Shown: one piece after another, positions 28,811 through 38,633 of the stretch
How positions within the stretch are numbered: the first letter of the stretch is position 1
Layout: each line of letters opens with the position of its first letter
NCBI GenBank assembly: GCA_963696385.1
Contig: CAVOKF010000005.1
Span: 608,001-672,000, forward strand
DNA from: an uncultured delta proteobacterium
GTDB taxonomy: Bacteria > Myxococcota_A > Polyangia > Polyangiales > Polyangiaceae
Length of the DNA: 64,000 nt
Reading direction: 5' to 3'
Notes under the pieces: generated by a model
What the model saw: the letters and a program-made list of their open reading frames with translations, nothing else
Told to the model about the DNA's origin: nothing
Databases searched by the model: none
Translations under genes and position numbers: made by a program

Positions 28811-30907
28811 ATGCCGCTTCAATCATCGGTACGCAGGCGCCAAAAAGTCATCGTCGTCGGTGGTGGAGTTGCGGGGCTCACGGCGGCGCACGAGCTCATC
28901 GAGCGCGACTTCGAGGTGGTCCTCTATGAGCGGCGAATGGAATTCGGCGGAAAGGCCGCGAGCAAGCGTGTGGCCGTGACCGATCCGCACGGAGGGGTGA
29001 TTGATGGCCTTCCTGCGGAGCACGGCTTTCGATTCTTTCCCGGCTGGTACCGGCACCTCCCGGACACGATGGGCCGAATCCCGATCGGCGGACGTCGAGA
29101 TCGCGAAAAAGAGCGCAGCGTTCTCGACCACCTGGTCCCGACCGATCGCAACCTGCTCGTTCGGTACGGGCGCGAGCCGATGCCCGTCGTTCTCTACTCG
29201 CCGAAGAGCGTGGCGCAGGCGCGTGCACTCGTCGCGTTCGCTCGCCAATTAGTGACGATGGGGCTCCCCGCGCGCGATGTCTCCGCATTCTTGACGCGCC
29301 TGGCCGAATTCGTCCGCACCCCCGAGGAGGATCGGGAGCGGTTGTACGACCGGACATCGTGGTGGGACTTTATCGAAGCCGACCAACGATCGGAGGCCTT
29401 CCGCGCACTTATCGTAGCGACGACGCGCACGCTTCTTGCGGCGAAGGCCGAGGAGGCCAGCGCCTACACGATCGCGCTATTGGCGGTCCGGACGCTGTTC
29501 GACTCGCCGTTGAGGTCCGATTGCGTCCTCGATGGGCCGACTTCCGAGGTCTGGATCAAGCCATGGCTGCTTTACCTCCAGGGGCGAGGGGTGCAGCTCA
29601 AGTCTGGCTACGAGCTTGACTCGATCCATTTCGACGGCAAGAGCCCGCGGATCGGGTCTCTGTCCTTCGTGCGCAGCGAGAGCGCGGTCTGCCGCCGACA
29701 ACTCCGGGAGGCCGGCCGGAGCCATGAACGAACGAGCGCGGCGCGGTTGCGGTTGATGCGCGAATATTCCGATCGGAATGGAACGAATGCTTCCGTTCGG
29801 ACCTCCGAGGCATCCCTGGAGTCCATCCATTCCATTGCGGTCGAAGAACTCAAGTCGTTTGCCCCCGACGACGAGCGCCATACAGCCGACGCGGATTTTT
29901 ATGTGTTCGCGCTGCCAGCCGAGCAAATGGCGTATTACGTGAACCGCTCGGCGACGATGACGTCGTACGCGCCGTCGCTCCGCCGCATCGTCCAGCTCAG
30001 TACCACGCTCGACTGGATGGCCGGGGTCCAGTTCTATTTCAAGTTCCCTTTGGACATCGCGCCCGGGCATATCGTGTGCGGGGACTCCGAATGGGCGCTC
30101 ACGGCCATCGAGCAGACGCAGTTCTGGCGAGACGTTCCGCTGCCGCCGGGCGTTCAGGCGATTCTCTCCGTCGATATCAGCGCCTGGGGCCAAAAGGGAC
30201 GCTTTGTTCGAAAAGAGGCATTCAATTGCACGCGCCATGAGATCGCGACGGAGGTGTGGGAACAGATCAAAGCGTCGTTCAATCGAAGCAACGAGCCCGA
30301 AGTCCTTCGTGATGAGATGCTCATCAAGGGAACTGTCGCCGGCAGCTTCAGCCTCGACGACGACATCGTCGATCGGTACGATCGCAAAAAGCACGCGGCC
30401 TACGCCCGTGGGGTGGACCAGGCGATCCAGCACGCGGCCGCGGTCGCCGAAGGGGCCCAAGCGCTTCTCGAGAGCGCGGCGGAGCATCCGGAGGCGCCGT
30501 TCGTCTTCGGAGACCGACTCGAATTCAACGCCGAGCCCCTCCTCGTGAACCGGCCCGGCTTCTTGCAGTTGAGGCCCGCCGCGCGCACGCCCATCGAGAA
30601 CATGTTCTTGGCGGCGGACTACGTAAGGACGGCCACCAACCTCGCATGCATGGAGGGCGCGAACGAAGCCGCGCGCCATGCCACGAACGCGATCCTCGAT
30701 ACCTCGGGCTCTAGGTATCCGAGGTGCAAGACGTGGTCGCTGCAAGATGGCGAAGCACTCGCCGGCATGGCTTCCGTCTTGAGCTTGGTGAACCAGTGGC
30801 CCGGCGCCGGGGCTTCGCTGGAGACCGCGAGCGGGGCGCTGGACACGCTCGGCGGCCTCGCTGGACGGGCAACGGACCACCTCAAGCAATTTTGGAAAAG
30901 ACCATGA
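28811..30907 (+). CDS. FAD-dependent oxidoreductase, HpnE/carotenoid-desaturase-like superfamily
   Basis: VIVVGGGVAGLTAAHEL, FGGKA, PAEHGFRFFPGWYRHL, LDGPTSEVWI, RTPIENMFLAADYVRT, ACMEGANEAAR. Confidence 0.85.
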   Translation: MPLQSSVRRRQKVIVVGGGVAGLTAAHELIERDFEVVLYERRMEFGGKAASKRVAVTDPHGGVIDGLPAEHGFRFFPGWYRHLPDTMGRIPIGGRRDREKERSVLDHLVPTDRNLLVRYGREPMPVVLYSPKSVAQARALVAFARQLVTMGLPARDVSAFLTRLAEFVRTPEEDRERLYDRTSWWDFIEADQRSEAFRALIVATTRTLLAAKAEEASAYTIALLAVRTLFDSPLRSDCVLDGPTSEVWIKPWLLYLQGRGVQLKSGYELDSIHFDGKSPRIGSLSFVRSESAVCRRQLREAGRSHERTSAARLRLMREYSDRNGTNASVRTSEASLESIHSIAVEELKSFAPDDERHTADADFYVFALPAEQMAYYVNRSATMTSYAPSLRRIVQLSTTLDWMAGVQFYFKFPLDIAPGHIVCGDSEWALTAIEQTQFWRDVPLPPGVQAILSVDISAWGQKGRFVRKEAFNCTRHEIATEVWEQIKASFNRSNEPEVLRDEMLIKGTVAGSFSLDDDIVDRYDRKKHAAYARGVDQAIQHAAAVAEGAQALLESAAEHPEAPFVFGDRLEFNAEPLLVNRPGFLQLRPAARTPIENMFLAADYVRTATNLACMEGANEAARHATNAILDTSGSRYPRCKTWSLQDGEALAGMASVLSLVNQWPGAGASLETASGALDTLGGLAGRATDHLKQFWKRP

Positions 30908-31578
30908 ACGAACCAGCCAAGGATCCAGCACACATGCCACCCATGTCAGGACCAGCGCTCACCGAGCACCTGCGGAGGATGCCGGTGAAGCTCGCATTTT
31001 GCTTGGCGATCACCTGCGATGGCGCGGACATCGTCTCGATGGCTCCCAGCCCAGTCCCTGGGGGTACGCGCCTGCGCGTGGCGTATCAAGGGGGCGAGGT
31101 CACCGTGGGCGAGGACAGCGCCGTGCCCAACCTTCGCGGCCAGGTGCTCAGCGGCAGCGATTGGATTCTGGTCGCCGACGACGGTGTTGCGACATTCGAT
31201 GCGCGGCTTACTTTGGGCAAGAGCCGCAACGAGGTGCTGCCCTCGAGCGATACTCCCGCCGAACACGCGTACAAACTGGGGGTGAACGGACCCCTCGACG
31301 ACTACCTCATCAACGCGCGGATCACCGGAGTGGCGGACTTCGGGACGAACGCGGCAAGCTTCGATGGCAAGCATCCCGTTGCGCTCCCCGTTGCATTCGA
31401 GGGGGCGGGGCCCTCCGTAACGTGGGCGAAGCCGCTCTTCCGGCAGCGATCCGAGAACTACGACCACTATGCGTTCCTACTTCGCCATCAGTGCATCGCC
31501 ATCGGCCATGTGCACGTGGCGGATCGCAAGGTCACCCGGGTCGAGTTGAAAGTCTTTGCCCTCGGCGTTTCACCCTGA
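30904..31578 (+). CDS. DUF3237-like beta-barrel protein 1 (most divergent)
   Basis: PGGTRLRVAYQGGEV, LRGQVLSGSDWILVADDGVATFDARLTL, YAFLLRHQCIAIG, VELKVF; ATGA overlap with the oxidoreductase. Confidence 0.65.
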   Translation: MNEPAKDPAHMPPMSGPALTEHLRRMPVKLAFCLAITCDGADIVSMAPSPVPGGTRLRVAYQGGEVTVGEDSAVPNLRGQVLSGSDWILVADDGVATFDARLTLGKSRNEVLPSSDTPAEHAYKLGVNGPLDDYLINARITGVADFGTNAASFDGKHPVALPVAFEGAGPSVTWAKPLFRQRSENYDHYAFLLRHQCIAIGHVHVADRKVTRVELKVFALGVSP

Positions 31579-31585
31579 GTGTCGC

Positions 31586-32134
31586 ATGGAACATCGAAGG
31601 TATTTCGTCGACCGGGCTCTTCTCTACCTCTTCTCGACCGACATCGAGTTTGGACTCAACTTCGAGCAACTCGGACTCGTCTCCATGGGCGCGCGCTTCA
31701 ATCTGTTCTGCGTGTCGAACAGCACGCGGGTATACAACGTTCTTCGAGAGCGGGAGGTCGGCGCGTTGGCCTACGCGGCGGTGTCGGGCAAGCTCATCTG
31801 GGGTGAGGATGCATCATTGCTGGGCTCCGATGACGTTGCGATCGCCAACGTACGCGCCACGATCCAAACGGACGATGGAGCCTTGATCGATGCGACGTAC
31901 AGGGGCGTCATGCCAACCGCACTGGGGGTATTTCGAGCGATTGCCGGGGGCGTGGACAAGATCGGCAAGCCGGAGACGCCCGCGGAGTTCCGCTTGGTCG
32001 TGACTCCCACGTATCAAACGGGGGACCAGAGATACGCGTGGCTCAATGAACTTCAGTGCGTTGGGTTCGGCCGGGTTCAGGAAGTCGACGGCACGTTTCG
32101 GCGCGTGACGTACGATATCTACGCGATGTCGTGA
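31586..32134 (+). CDS. DUF3237-like beta-barrel protein 2
   Basis: VRATIQTDDGALIDATYRG, PTYQTGDQRYAWLN, CVGFG, VTYDIY. Confidence 0.85.
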   Translation: MEHRRYFVDRALLYLFSTDIEFGLNFEQLGLVSMGARFNLFCVSNSTRVYNVLREREVGALAYAAVSGKLIWGEDASLLGSDDVAIANVRATIQTDDGALIDATYRGVMPTALGVFRAIAGGVDKIGKPETPAEFRLVVTPTYQTGDQRYAWLNELQCVGFGRVQEVDGTFRRVTYDIYAMS

Positions 32135-32141
32135 GGGACCT

Positions 32142-32726
32142 ATGGATCTCGCAAACGTTCGCAAACGATTTCTCGATCGGAACATGAAATACGCGTGCTC
32201 GTTCGACCCGCGGCTATGGTTTACTACGGACAGCATGACGCGCACCCCGACCGGCGATCGGGTCATCGTCGTCCCCCGCTCCGCGCCGCGCGGCCACACC
32301 AGGGTGGGCGAATTCTTTCACGTTCACGACGAGACCAGCGTCGCCGGCGTGGACGACAGACGGCACAACTGCCCCATTGGAACCATCGAGCATATCGACG
32401 AGTCCGTCGTCTTTTTTCACGACGATCCCCACGTCGGCACGATCGAGGGGCGATTGCTGCTGAAGACGAATGACAAGGCCGCCATCGAGGTCTCGTATGC
32501 CGGCACCCTGCGCTTCCGCGTGTCTGCCGCTGCCAGTCTGAAGTTGGATCGCCCGCTGGAGGCCAGTGCGTGGATCATTCCGGTATTCTCGACGACCGAC
32601 ACGCGGTATCAATGGCTTTGCTCCCACGCGTGCGTGGCCTTCGGCACCTGGGTCGCGTCGAAGGACGCCGAGGCGGCGCGCGGACATAATGTCGATACGA
32701 ACCTGGACGTTTACTCGAATGGCTGA
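32142..32726 (+). CDS. DUF3237-like beta-barrel protein 3
   Basis: RTPTGDRV, GRLLLKTNDKAAIEVSYAG, PVFSTTDTRYQWL, CVAFG, LDVY. Confidence 0.7.
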   Translation: MDLANVRKRFLDRNMKYACSFDPRLWFTTDSMTRTPTGDRVIVVPRSAPRGHTRVGEFFHVHDETSVAGVDDRRHNCPIGTIEHIDESVVFFHDDPHVGTIEGRLLLKTNDKAAIEVSYAGTLRFRVSAAASLKLDRPLEASAWIIPVFSTTDTRYQWLCSHACVAFGTWVASKDAEAARGHNVDTNLDVYSNG

Positions 32727-35700
32727 TGGGTGGCGGACGGTGCGTCGGCACCGACTCCGACTCCGAGACGCGCGAGGGTGCCCCTTGCGCGCGGTGCGGC
32801 GTCGTATTCGTGCGACGCAGCATGGTGCTGGACGAGAGCGAGTGTCAGGAGCGCCTCTTCGTGGGGGATCTCGAGCGAAATAGCCGCACGGCGGCCGCGC
32901 TGCCAGATCGCGATGGAACGCTTCTTCGCGCCCGACAGCCAGCATCTCGTGCCCTCGTGCAGGCAATACCGCGGCAGCGCGACCGGAAACGTGCGGGCCG
33001 CGGCGCGGAGGGTCTCACAGGAGCGGCGAGCCTTGGCCGCGTAAATCCGGTCGCGCGGTTCCGAGGCGACCCACGCCGCCAAGCGCACCTCGGCAAGACG
33101 GGCATACGGGTCGAGGCACAAGAGGTGGACCGTTTTTGCCGCTTCGATCCTCGCAGACGCGTCGTCGGCTGCGGCGAGCGCCCGGTCGCCGAATCCTTGC
33201 GAATGGAGCACGTACGCGCGCAGAGCGAACGCCCTTATTTGCTCGGGCAGGCCGAGCTGAGGGACGAGACGCTCGGCGTGGCGCAGGTTCTCCTCTGCAG
33301 CGTCGAGATCGCCGCGCGCCACGTGAACCTCCGCACGGCGGAGGAAGCCCCAGCTCGTCGTCTGGACGTCATTGCGTCGCACGGCCGAGTCAAACATCCG
33401 GTTGCACCATTCGAGGCACCGATCGAAGTCTCGACCCCACTCGACGGCGCAACGCAGGCCCGCCCCTTCCTCCCACCGCCGCCCAAAGCCGAGTTCCTCG
33501 GCGATCTGCATGACCCGATCGCCGGCTGCCGACGCGCGCTGCCAGTCGCCCAGGCCGCTCAAGTAGTGGCCATGAAGCACCTGGTAGTACGACTCGACTT
33601 CTGGATCGTAGGCCTCGCGAAGCGCACCCTCGGCTAGATCGAAGTACGCCCTCGCGAGCCTTGGAATCGGGACAATTCCCGCCGTGGCGGCCGCGTTGGT
33701 GAAGCCGACCGCTCGCATCGGCGACGGCGCACCCCGCTCGGCGAGATCCAACGTCGCGAGGTTCGCGTAGAGCAGTGGTGCGTATTCTCCGCGATAATAG
33801 TAAATCTGCGTCAAACGATCGTAGGCACGAGCGGCCTCCAGCAGAGCGGGACTCTTTCGCGGGTCCGACTCGACCCATCGACGAGCGACCGTACGGTGGA
33901 TCAGTTGCCTCGCCAGTTTCACCCCCACGCCGAGGGCCATTCGAGCCGGGCTTTCAGGCATCGGCCGAGCAAGGAGCCGGACCGCTTCCAGCAGATTATG
34001 CTTGCTGGCGGAGAGGTCGCCCAACCCCTGGAGGGCATCTCCGATGCGCCTTGCCCAATAGGCGCGCCGCTCGGCCGGCACCGGCACGTACCCCGCAGCG
34101 CTGGCGGAAACCGCCTCACGGAAGAACCGGACCGCATCGGCGTTCGCCGACGTGCGCAGGGCGTTCTCCGCAGCTCGCTCGAAATAGTCAATCGCACGAT
34201 CCCAGGCCTCGCCGTTGCGAAAATGATAGGCCATCTCGGCATGGTGGCCCGCGGCGTTCGGTCCCCCGGCGTGCTCTCTCTGCAGCGCCTCCCCCGCCGC
34301 GAGGTGCAGCGCCCTTCGGCGTCGTCGATCCATACGATCGTAAGCAAGCTCTCGAATCTTGTCGTGCACGAAGCGGAAGTCTTGTTCGCGGGCGCGCTCG
34401 ACGAGCTGTCGATCGAGCATCTCGCTCAACCACGGCGAAAGGTGGGATTCGGGCTCGCCGCTGACTTCGGCAAGCATCGATGACCTGAACTCGCGGCCTA
34501 GGACCGACGCCACTTCGGCGGCACGGCGCGCTCCCGCGCTCAGCAGCTCCAGCCGTCGGACGAGCAATTCGCGGAGCGACCGCGGTAGATCCAGGACGTC
34601 GGCGACCGATCCGACGCCGGTCAGACGATCGGACCATGTCCATCCCTCGGCCGTGTGCGCCAACAGTCCCTCGAAGGCAGCCGCCCGCAAGTACTCGGCG
34701 ACGAAAAATGGATTGCCCTGCGCCCGATCCGTCAGGGCGCGCATCACGTCGAGGGGCGCGGGCCGTGCCAGCATATCGCCCACCATGACCGTCAGCGCCG
34801 CCTCGTCGAGGCGCTCGAGCACGTGCGAGTGCACGTCCGCATGGTCGAGGAGCTTCGAGATCTCGCCCGACGCCTCTTCGAGTCGGTAAAGGCCGATGAC
34901 GAGGATCCCGGCGCTCGCAAGAACTTCACCCGCAATGGAATCGAGAACGGCGAGCGACAGGTCATCGGCCCACTGCAGATCGTCGATGACCAACAGAAGC
35001 GGGCCTCTCCGACCGAAGCGCACGATGAGCTCGCGCATCGACTCCACGGCGCGCTCCCGTTCTGCGGGCGGCGGCAGAGCACCCCAAGGGGACAGTTGCC
35101 CCTCGAACAAGTGACCCAGGGTCGGTTCGTATTGGGACAAGACGTGGAGCGCCGGCGGCGACCCGAAGAGGTCCATCGCTACGTCCCAGGTCCGGCAGAC
35201 GTCGGACGCGCGCTGCAGGAGGCCGCGGAACGGTTCGAGCGCGGTACCCGCGACCTGCGGCCCCGACTCCGAGGTGGGCGCAATCGCCACGCATTCTCCG
35301 GTCACCACCTCGAACCGGCGTCGCGCGAGCAAACGCGCCAATTCGGAGGCGAGGAAGGTTTTTCCGATGCCGCTCTCGCCCCCGATGAGAACGAAGTGCC
35401 CTTGCCCGCGCAAAGCTCCCCGTGCAAGTTCCTCGATTTCCCCGACGATGTCGTCGCGCCCTACGAGCCGCGGTCGGAACAAATACTGCGTCCGCGATGG
35501 GGAAGGCGGACGCGGAACCGTGGATCCCATCGATCCGAGAAGCTGCGCGACGATCTCCGCACTGCCGAGTCGCTCCCCTGGCCTCTTGGCCAACAGGCCA
35601 TCGAGCAACTCGTTGACCGCGTCGGGCAGGCCGGCAACCAGATCCGATGCGGGCGTCGGAACGTCGTAAAGGTGCGCGTGCAAGAGGTCGTGCGAGGTCT

Positions 35701-36670
35701 TTGCCGTGAACGGAGGACGACCCGTAAGGCTCTCGTAGAGCATGCAGCCGAAGGCATAAATATCGGCCCGAGCGTCGGGGATTTGGCCACGAATCAACTC
35801 CGGCGCCAGGTACGGCAAGGTCCCGCGCAGCCCGCCCACTTCGAGGGTCTCGCGACCGATCGCTCCGCCTGCGCGCGACATGAGGCCGAAATCGACGAGG
35901 ACGGGTTGGTCGTCGTGGCGAACGAAAACGTTCGAAGGCTTGAGATCGCAATGAACGATTCCTGCGCGGTGCACGAACGATAGGGGTTCGCACATTCGAC
36001 TGAACAGCGACAGGACCTCGTCGAGTCTCCCGGCCGCCGCGGGGACAAGCGCCTGCAGGACAGGACTGGACCCCGGCGGGCTCGCTCGTCTCGAGGCCGG
36101 GTCTCCCCAGCAAGAGCGATTGAACGTCGCGAGCGTCTGGCCTTCGAGCAACTCCATCGCGTACCACGGGTCACCGTCGACGATGCCTTCTTCATAGATT
36201 CGGACGATGCCCGAGTGCCGCGCACGTTGAAGAAACGCGATCTCGTGCCGCATCGCGGCGAGCGCCGCCGGAATGCGATGGGTGATGGTCTTGACTGCGG
36301 CCGGCCGCGAGGTGCCCTCGTCGACCGCCGAGTAGACCACACCCATGGCGCCGCGGCCGATCTCGGCGACGACGCGATAGGGTCCGAAACGGTCACGGAC
36401 TGCGCCTTGCAGCAGATCCGCCGTTGCCATTCGCTCGGACGCACGCGCAATCGCCGCGACCAAGTGAACCCAGATCGAATCCCTCTGGACGTCGGGGGCG
36501 CGCTCGGCGGTGAACGACCCCGCCGTCGCGGCGACGACGTCCAAACAACGCCCGCAGTGGTCCAGGTGCTCTTCGAATCGGGAGACGTCGGCGATCGGCA
36601 AATCGCCTCGAACGAACTCCACGACCCAGGTCTTCTCTGGACACTCCATCTGGTTCTCCGGACGATTCAT
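32711..36670 (-). CDS. Ser/Thr protein kinase with N-terminal zf-HC2 (ZAS-like) motif, AAA_16/STAND NTPase and TPR-like C-terminus
   Basis: CPE...FEEHLDHCGRC; IGRGAMGVVY, AAVK, HCDLKPSN, DFG, GTLPYLAPE; Walker A GESGIGKT, Walker B LVIDDLQWAD, GNPFF, FVHDKIRE; helical repeats; start at 36670 or 36649. Confidence 0.92.
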   Translation of the reverse strand: MNRPENQMECPEKTWVVEFVRGDLPIADVSRFEEHLDHCGRCLDVVAATAGSFTAERAPDVQRDSIWVHLVAAIARASERMATADLLQGAVRDRFGPYRVVAEIGRGAMGVVYSAVDEGTSRPAAVKTITHRIPAALAAMRHEIAFLQRARHSGIVRIYEEGIVDGDPWYAMELLEGQTLATFNRSCWGDPASRRASPPGSSPVLQALVPAAAGRLDEVLSLFSRMCEPLSFVHRAGIVHCDLKPSNVFVRHDDQPVLVDFGLMSRAGGAIGRETLEVGGLRGTLPYLAPELIRGQIPDARADIYAFGCMLYESLTGRPPFTAKTSHDLLHAHLYDVPTPASDLVAGLPDAVNELLDGLLAKRPGERLGSAEIVAQLLGSMGSTVPRPPSPSRTQYLFRPRLVGRDDIVGEIEELARGALRGQGHFVLIGGESGIGKTFLASELARLLARRRFEVVTGECVAIAPTSESGPQVAGTALEPFRGLLQRASDVCRTWDVAMDLFGSPPALHVLSQYEPTLGHLFEGQLSPWGALPPPAERERAVESMRELIVRFGRRGPLLLVIDDLQWADDLSLAVLDSIAGEVLASAGILVIGLYRLEEASGEISKLLDHADVHSHVLERLDEAALTVMVGDMLARPAPLDVMRALTDRAQGNPFFVAEYLRAAAFEGLLAHTAEGWTWSDRLTGVGSVADVLDLPRSLRELLVRRLELLSAGARRAAEVASVLGREFRSSMLAEVSGEPESHLSPWLSEMLDRQLVERAREQDFRFVHDKIRELAYDRMDRRRRRALHLAAGEALQREHAGGPNAAGHHAEMAYHFRNGEAWDRAIDYFERAAENALRTSANADAVRFFREAVSASAAGYVPVPAERRAYWARRIGDALQGLGDLSASKHNLLEAVRLLARPMPESPARMALGVGVKLARQLIHRTVARRWVESDPRKSPALLEAARAYDRLTQIYYYRGEYAPLLYANLATLDLAERGAPSPMRAVGFTNAAATAGIVPIPRLARAYFDLAEGALREAYDPEVESYYQVLHGHYLSGLGDWQRASAAGDRVMQIAEELGFGRRWEEGAGLRCAVEWGRDFDRCLEWCNRMFDSAVRRNDVQTTSWGFLRRAEVHVARGDLDAAEENLRHAERLVPQLGLPEQIRAFALRAYVLHSQGFGDRALAAADDASARIEAAKTVHLLCLDPYARLAEVRLAAWVASEPRDRIYAAKARRSCETLRAAARTFPVALPRYCLHEGTRCWLSGAKKRSIAIWQRGRRAAISLEIPHEEALLTLALVQHHAASHEYDAAPRARGTLARLGVGVGADAPSATHQPFE

Positions 36671-37034
36671 CTGCGGAACGCAGGCCGGAGTGACGGGATC
36701 GCCTACCCGTGAATCATCCGCTATCAAAGAGAGCGAGCGAGGTCAACCGTTCTTCAGCGGACGCCGTCGATGCTCTTGCGGATGCGATCCATGGGATTTC
36801 CTCCACCGCGAGAGCCGTGTTATGTTCGAGGATCCCTCCAGTCGCATCGTTCCCGAGACCGGCGGTCGTAGCCGGGCGTACCCCCCGGGTAGCGAAAGAT
36901 CGCAAACGACCCGCCCGTGGAGCCTCTGAGGAGGCGGGACGAGCTGCGATGCGGGCCGGTGCGATACCGGCGTCGACGGAGCGGCGCCGCCGGGTTAGCG
37001 TAACGCGCTTTTCCCATCGAAGGAGAAATGCCTC

Positions 37035-37805
37035 ATGGCGAATGTGAGCACTGGACGGTTCTGCTGGCACGAGTTGGTCACCACCGATCTCACTGCGGTG
37101 ACGAAGTTCTACGGAGATCTGCTCGGCTGGACGTTTCGTGACAACCCGAGCCCGGAGGGCGGGACGTACCGAATGTTCTCGGTCGGCGAGACGATGGTCG
37201 GCGGCGCCATGGTGGCGCCAGCGGGTGTGCCATCGGGTTGGCTCGTCTACGTCGCAGTCGATGACGCTGACTGGGCGGCGAGGAAGGTCGCAGATCTCGG
37301 TGGCAAGATCACGGTGCCGGCGACGACGGTCCCGGACATGCTGCGCTTTGCGTGCGGGTCGGACCCGCAGGGGGCCGCGTTCGGGATCCTCCAGCCGCTC
37401 GGTGCTGGCGCGCAACAGCACCCCTACGAAGGGCCCGCGCGCCCAGGCACGTTCTGCTGGGACGAGTTGCACACGACGGACATGGCGGCGGCGAAAAAAT
37501 TCTACGGCAGCTTGTTCGGATGGGCCGGCAAGGGCGAAGCGGACGGTGGCGAGGCGTACTGGCACTGGAAGCACGCGGACAAGGAGATCGGCGGAATGAC
37601 GTCGCATAGGGGGGGGCCGGGCGTGGCTCCGCACTGGCTCGCATACGTCGCGGTGTCAGATGTCGACGCGGTCGCGAAGAAGGTCGTGGCGTTCGGCGGC
37701 AAGGTGCTGATGCCTGCAATGGAGATCCCGAACGTGGGGCGGTTCTCGGTCGTCCAAGATCCGACAGGCGCCGTGTTCTCGCCCTTCCGCTCAGCGCGCG
37801 TCTGA
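37035..37805 (+). CDS. VOC/glyoxalase family protein with two domains (CFP32-like)
   Basis: GRFCWHELVTTD and GTFCWDELHTTD; DPQGA and DPTGA; AGGAG RBS. Confidence 0.92.
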   Translation: MANVSTGRFCWHELVTTDLTAVTKFYGDLLGWTFRDNPSPEGGTYRMFSVGETMVGGAMVAPAGVPSGWLVYVAVDDADWAARKVADLGGKITVPATTVPDMLRFACGSDPQGAAFGILQPLGAGAQQHPYEGPARPGTFCWDELHTTDMAAAKKFYGSLFGWAGKGEADGGEAYWHWKHADKEIGGMTSHRGGPGVAPHWLAYVAVSDVDAVAKKVVAFGGKVLMPAMEIPNVGRFSVVQDPTGAVFSPFRSARV

Positions 37806-38006
37806 AGGCTGCGGAAAGGCCAGGAGACGATGAAGCTCAATGGATGGGCACCCACGCGCACCCTCCGTGACAACCTTCGCGCGCAGGTTCGGTTGGACCG
37901 CCCGCCGCGTGGAAGCGAGCTTCGCTCCGATCCCGATGCCCGACAAGACCCGGCGATCGTGGGGACACGATGGCCGGAATCGGCAATCGGCGGTACCTCC
38001 TAAGTC

Positions 38007-38556
<550 letters not shown>

Positions 38557-38633
38557 CATCGGGGTCGCTGGGCGGCGAGTAGGAAGCGCAGTCGCCCGGG
38601 GAGTTCAAACGCAGCGGGACCGTAGCGCCTCGT

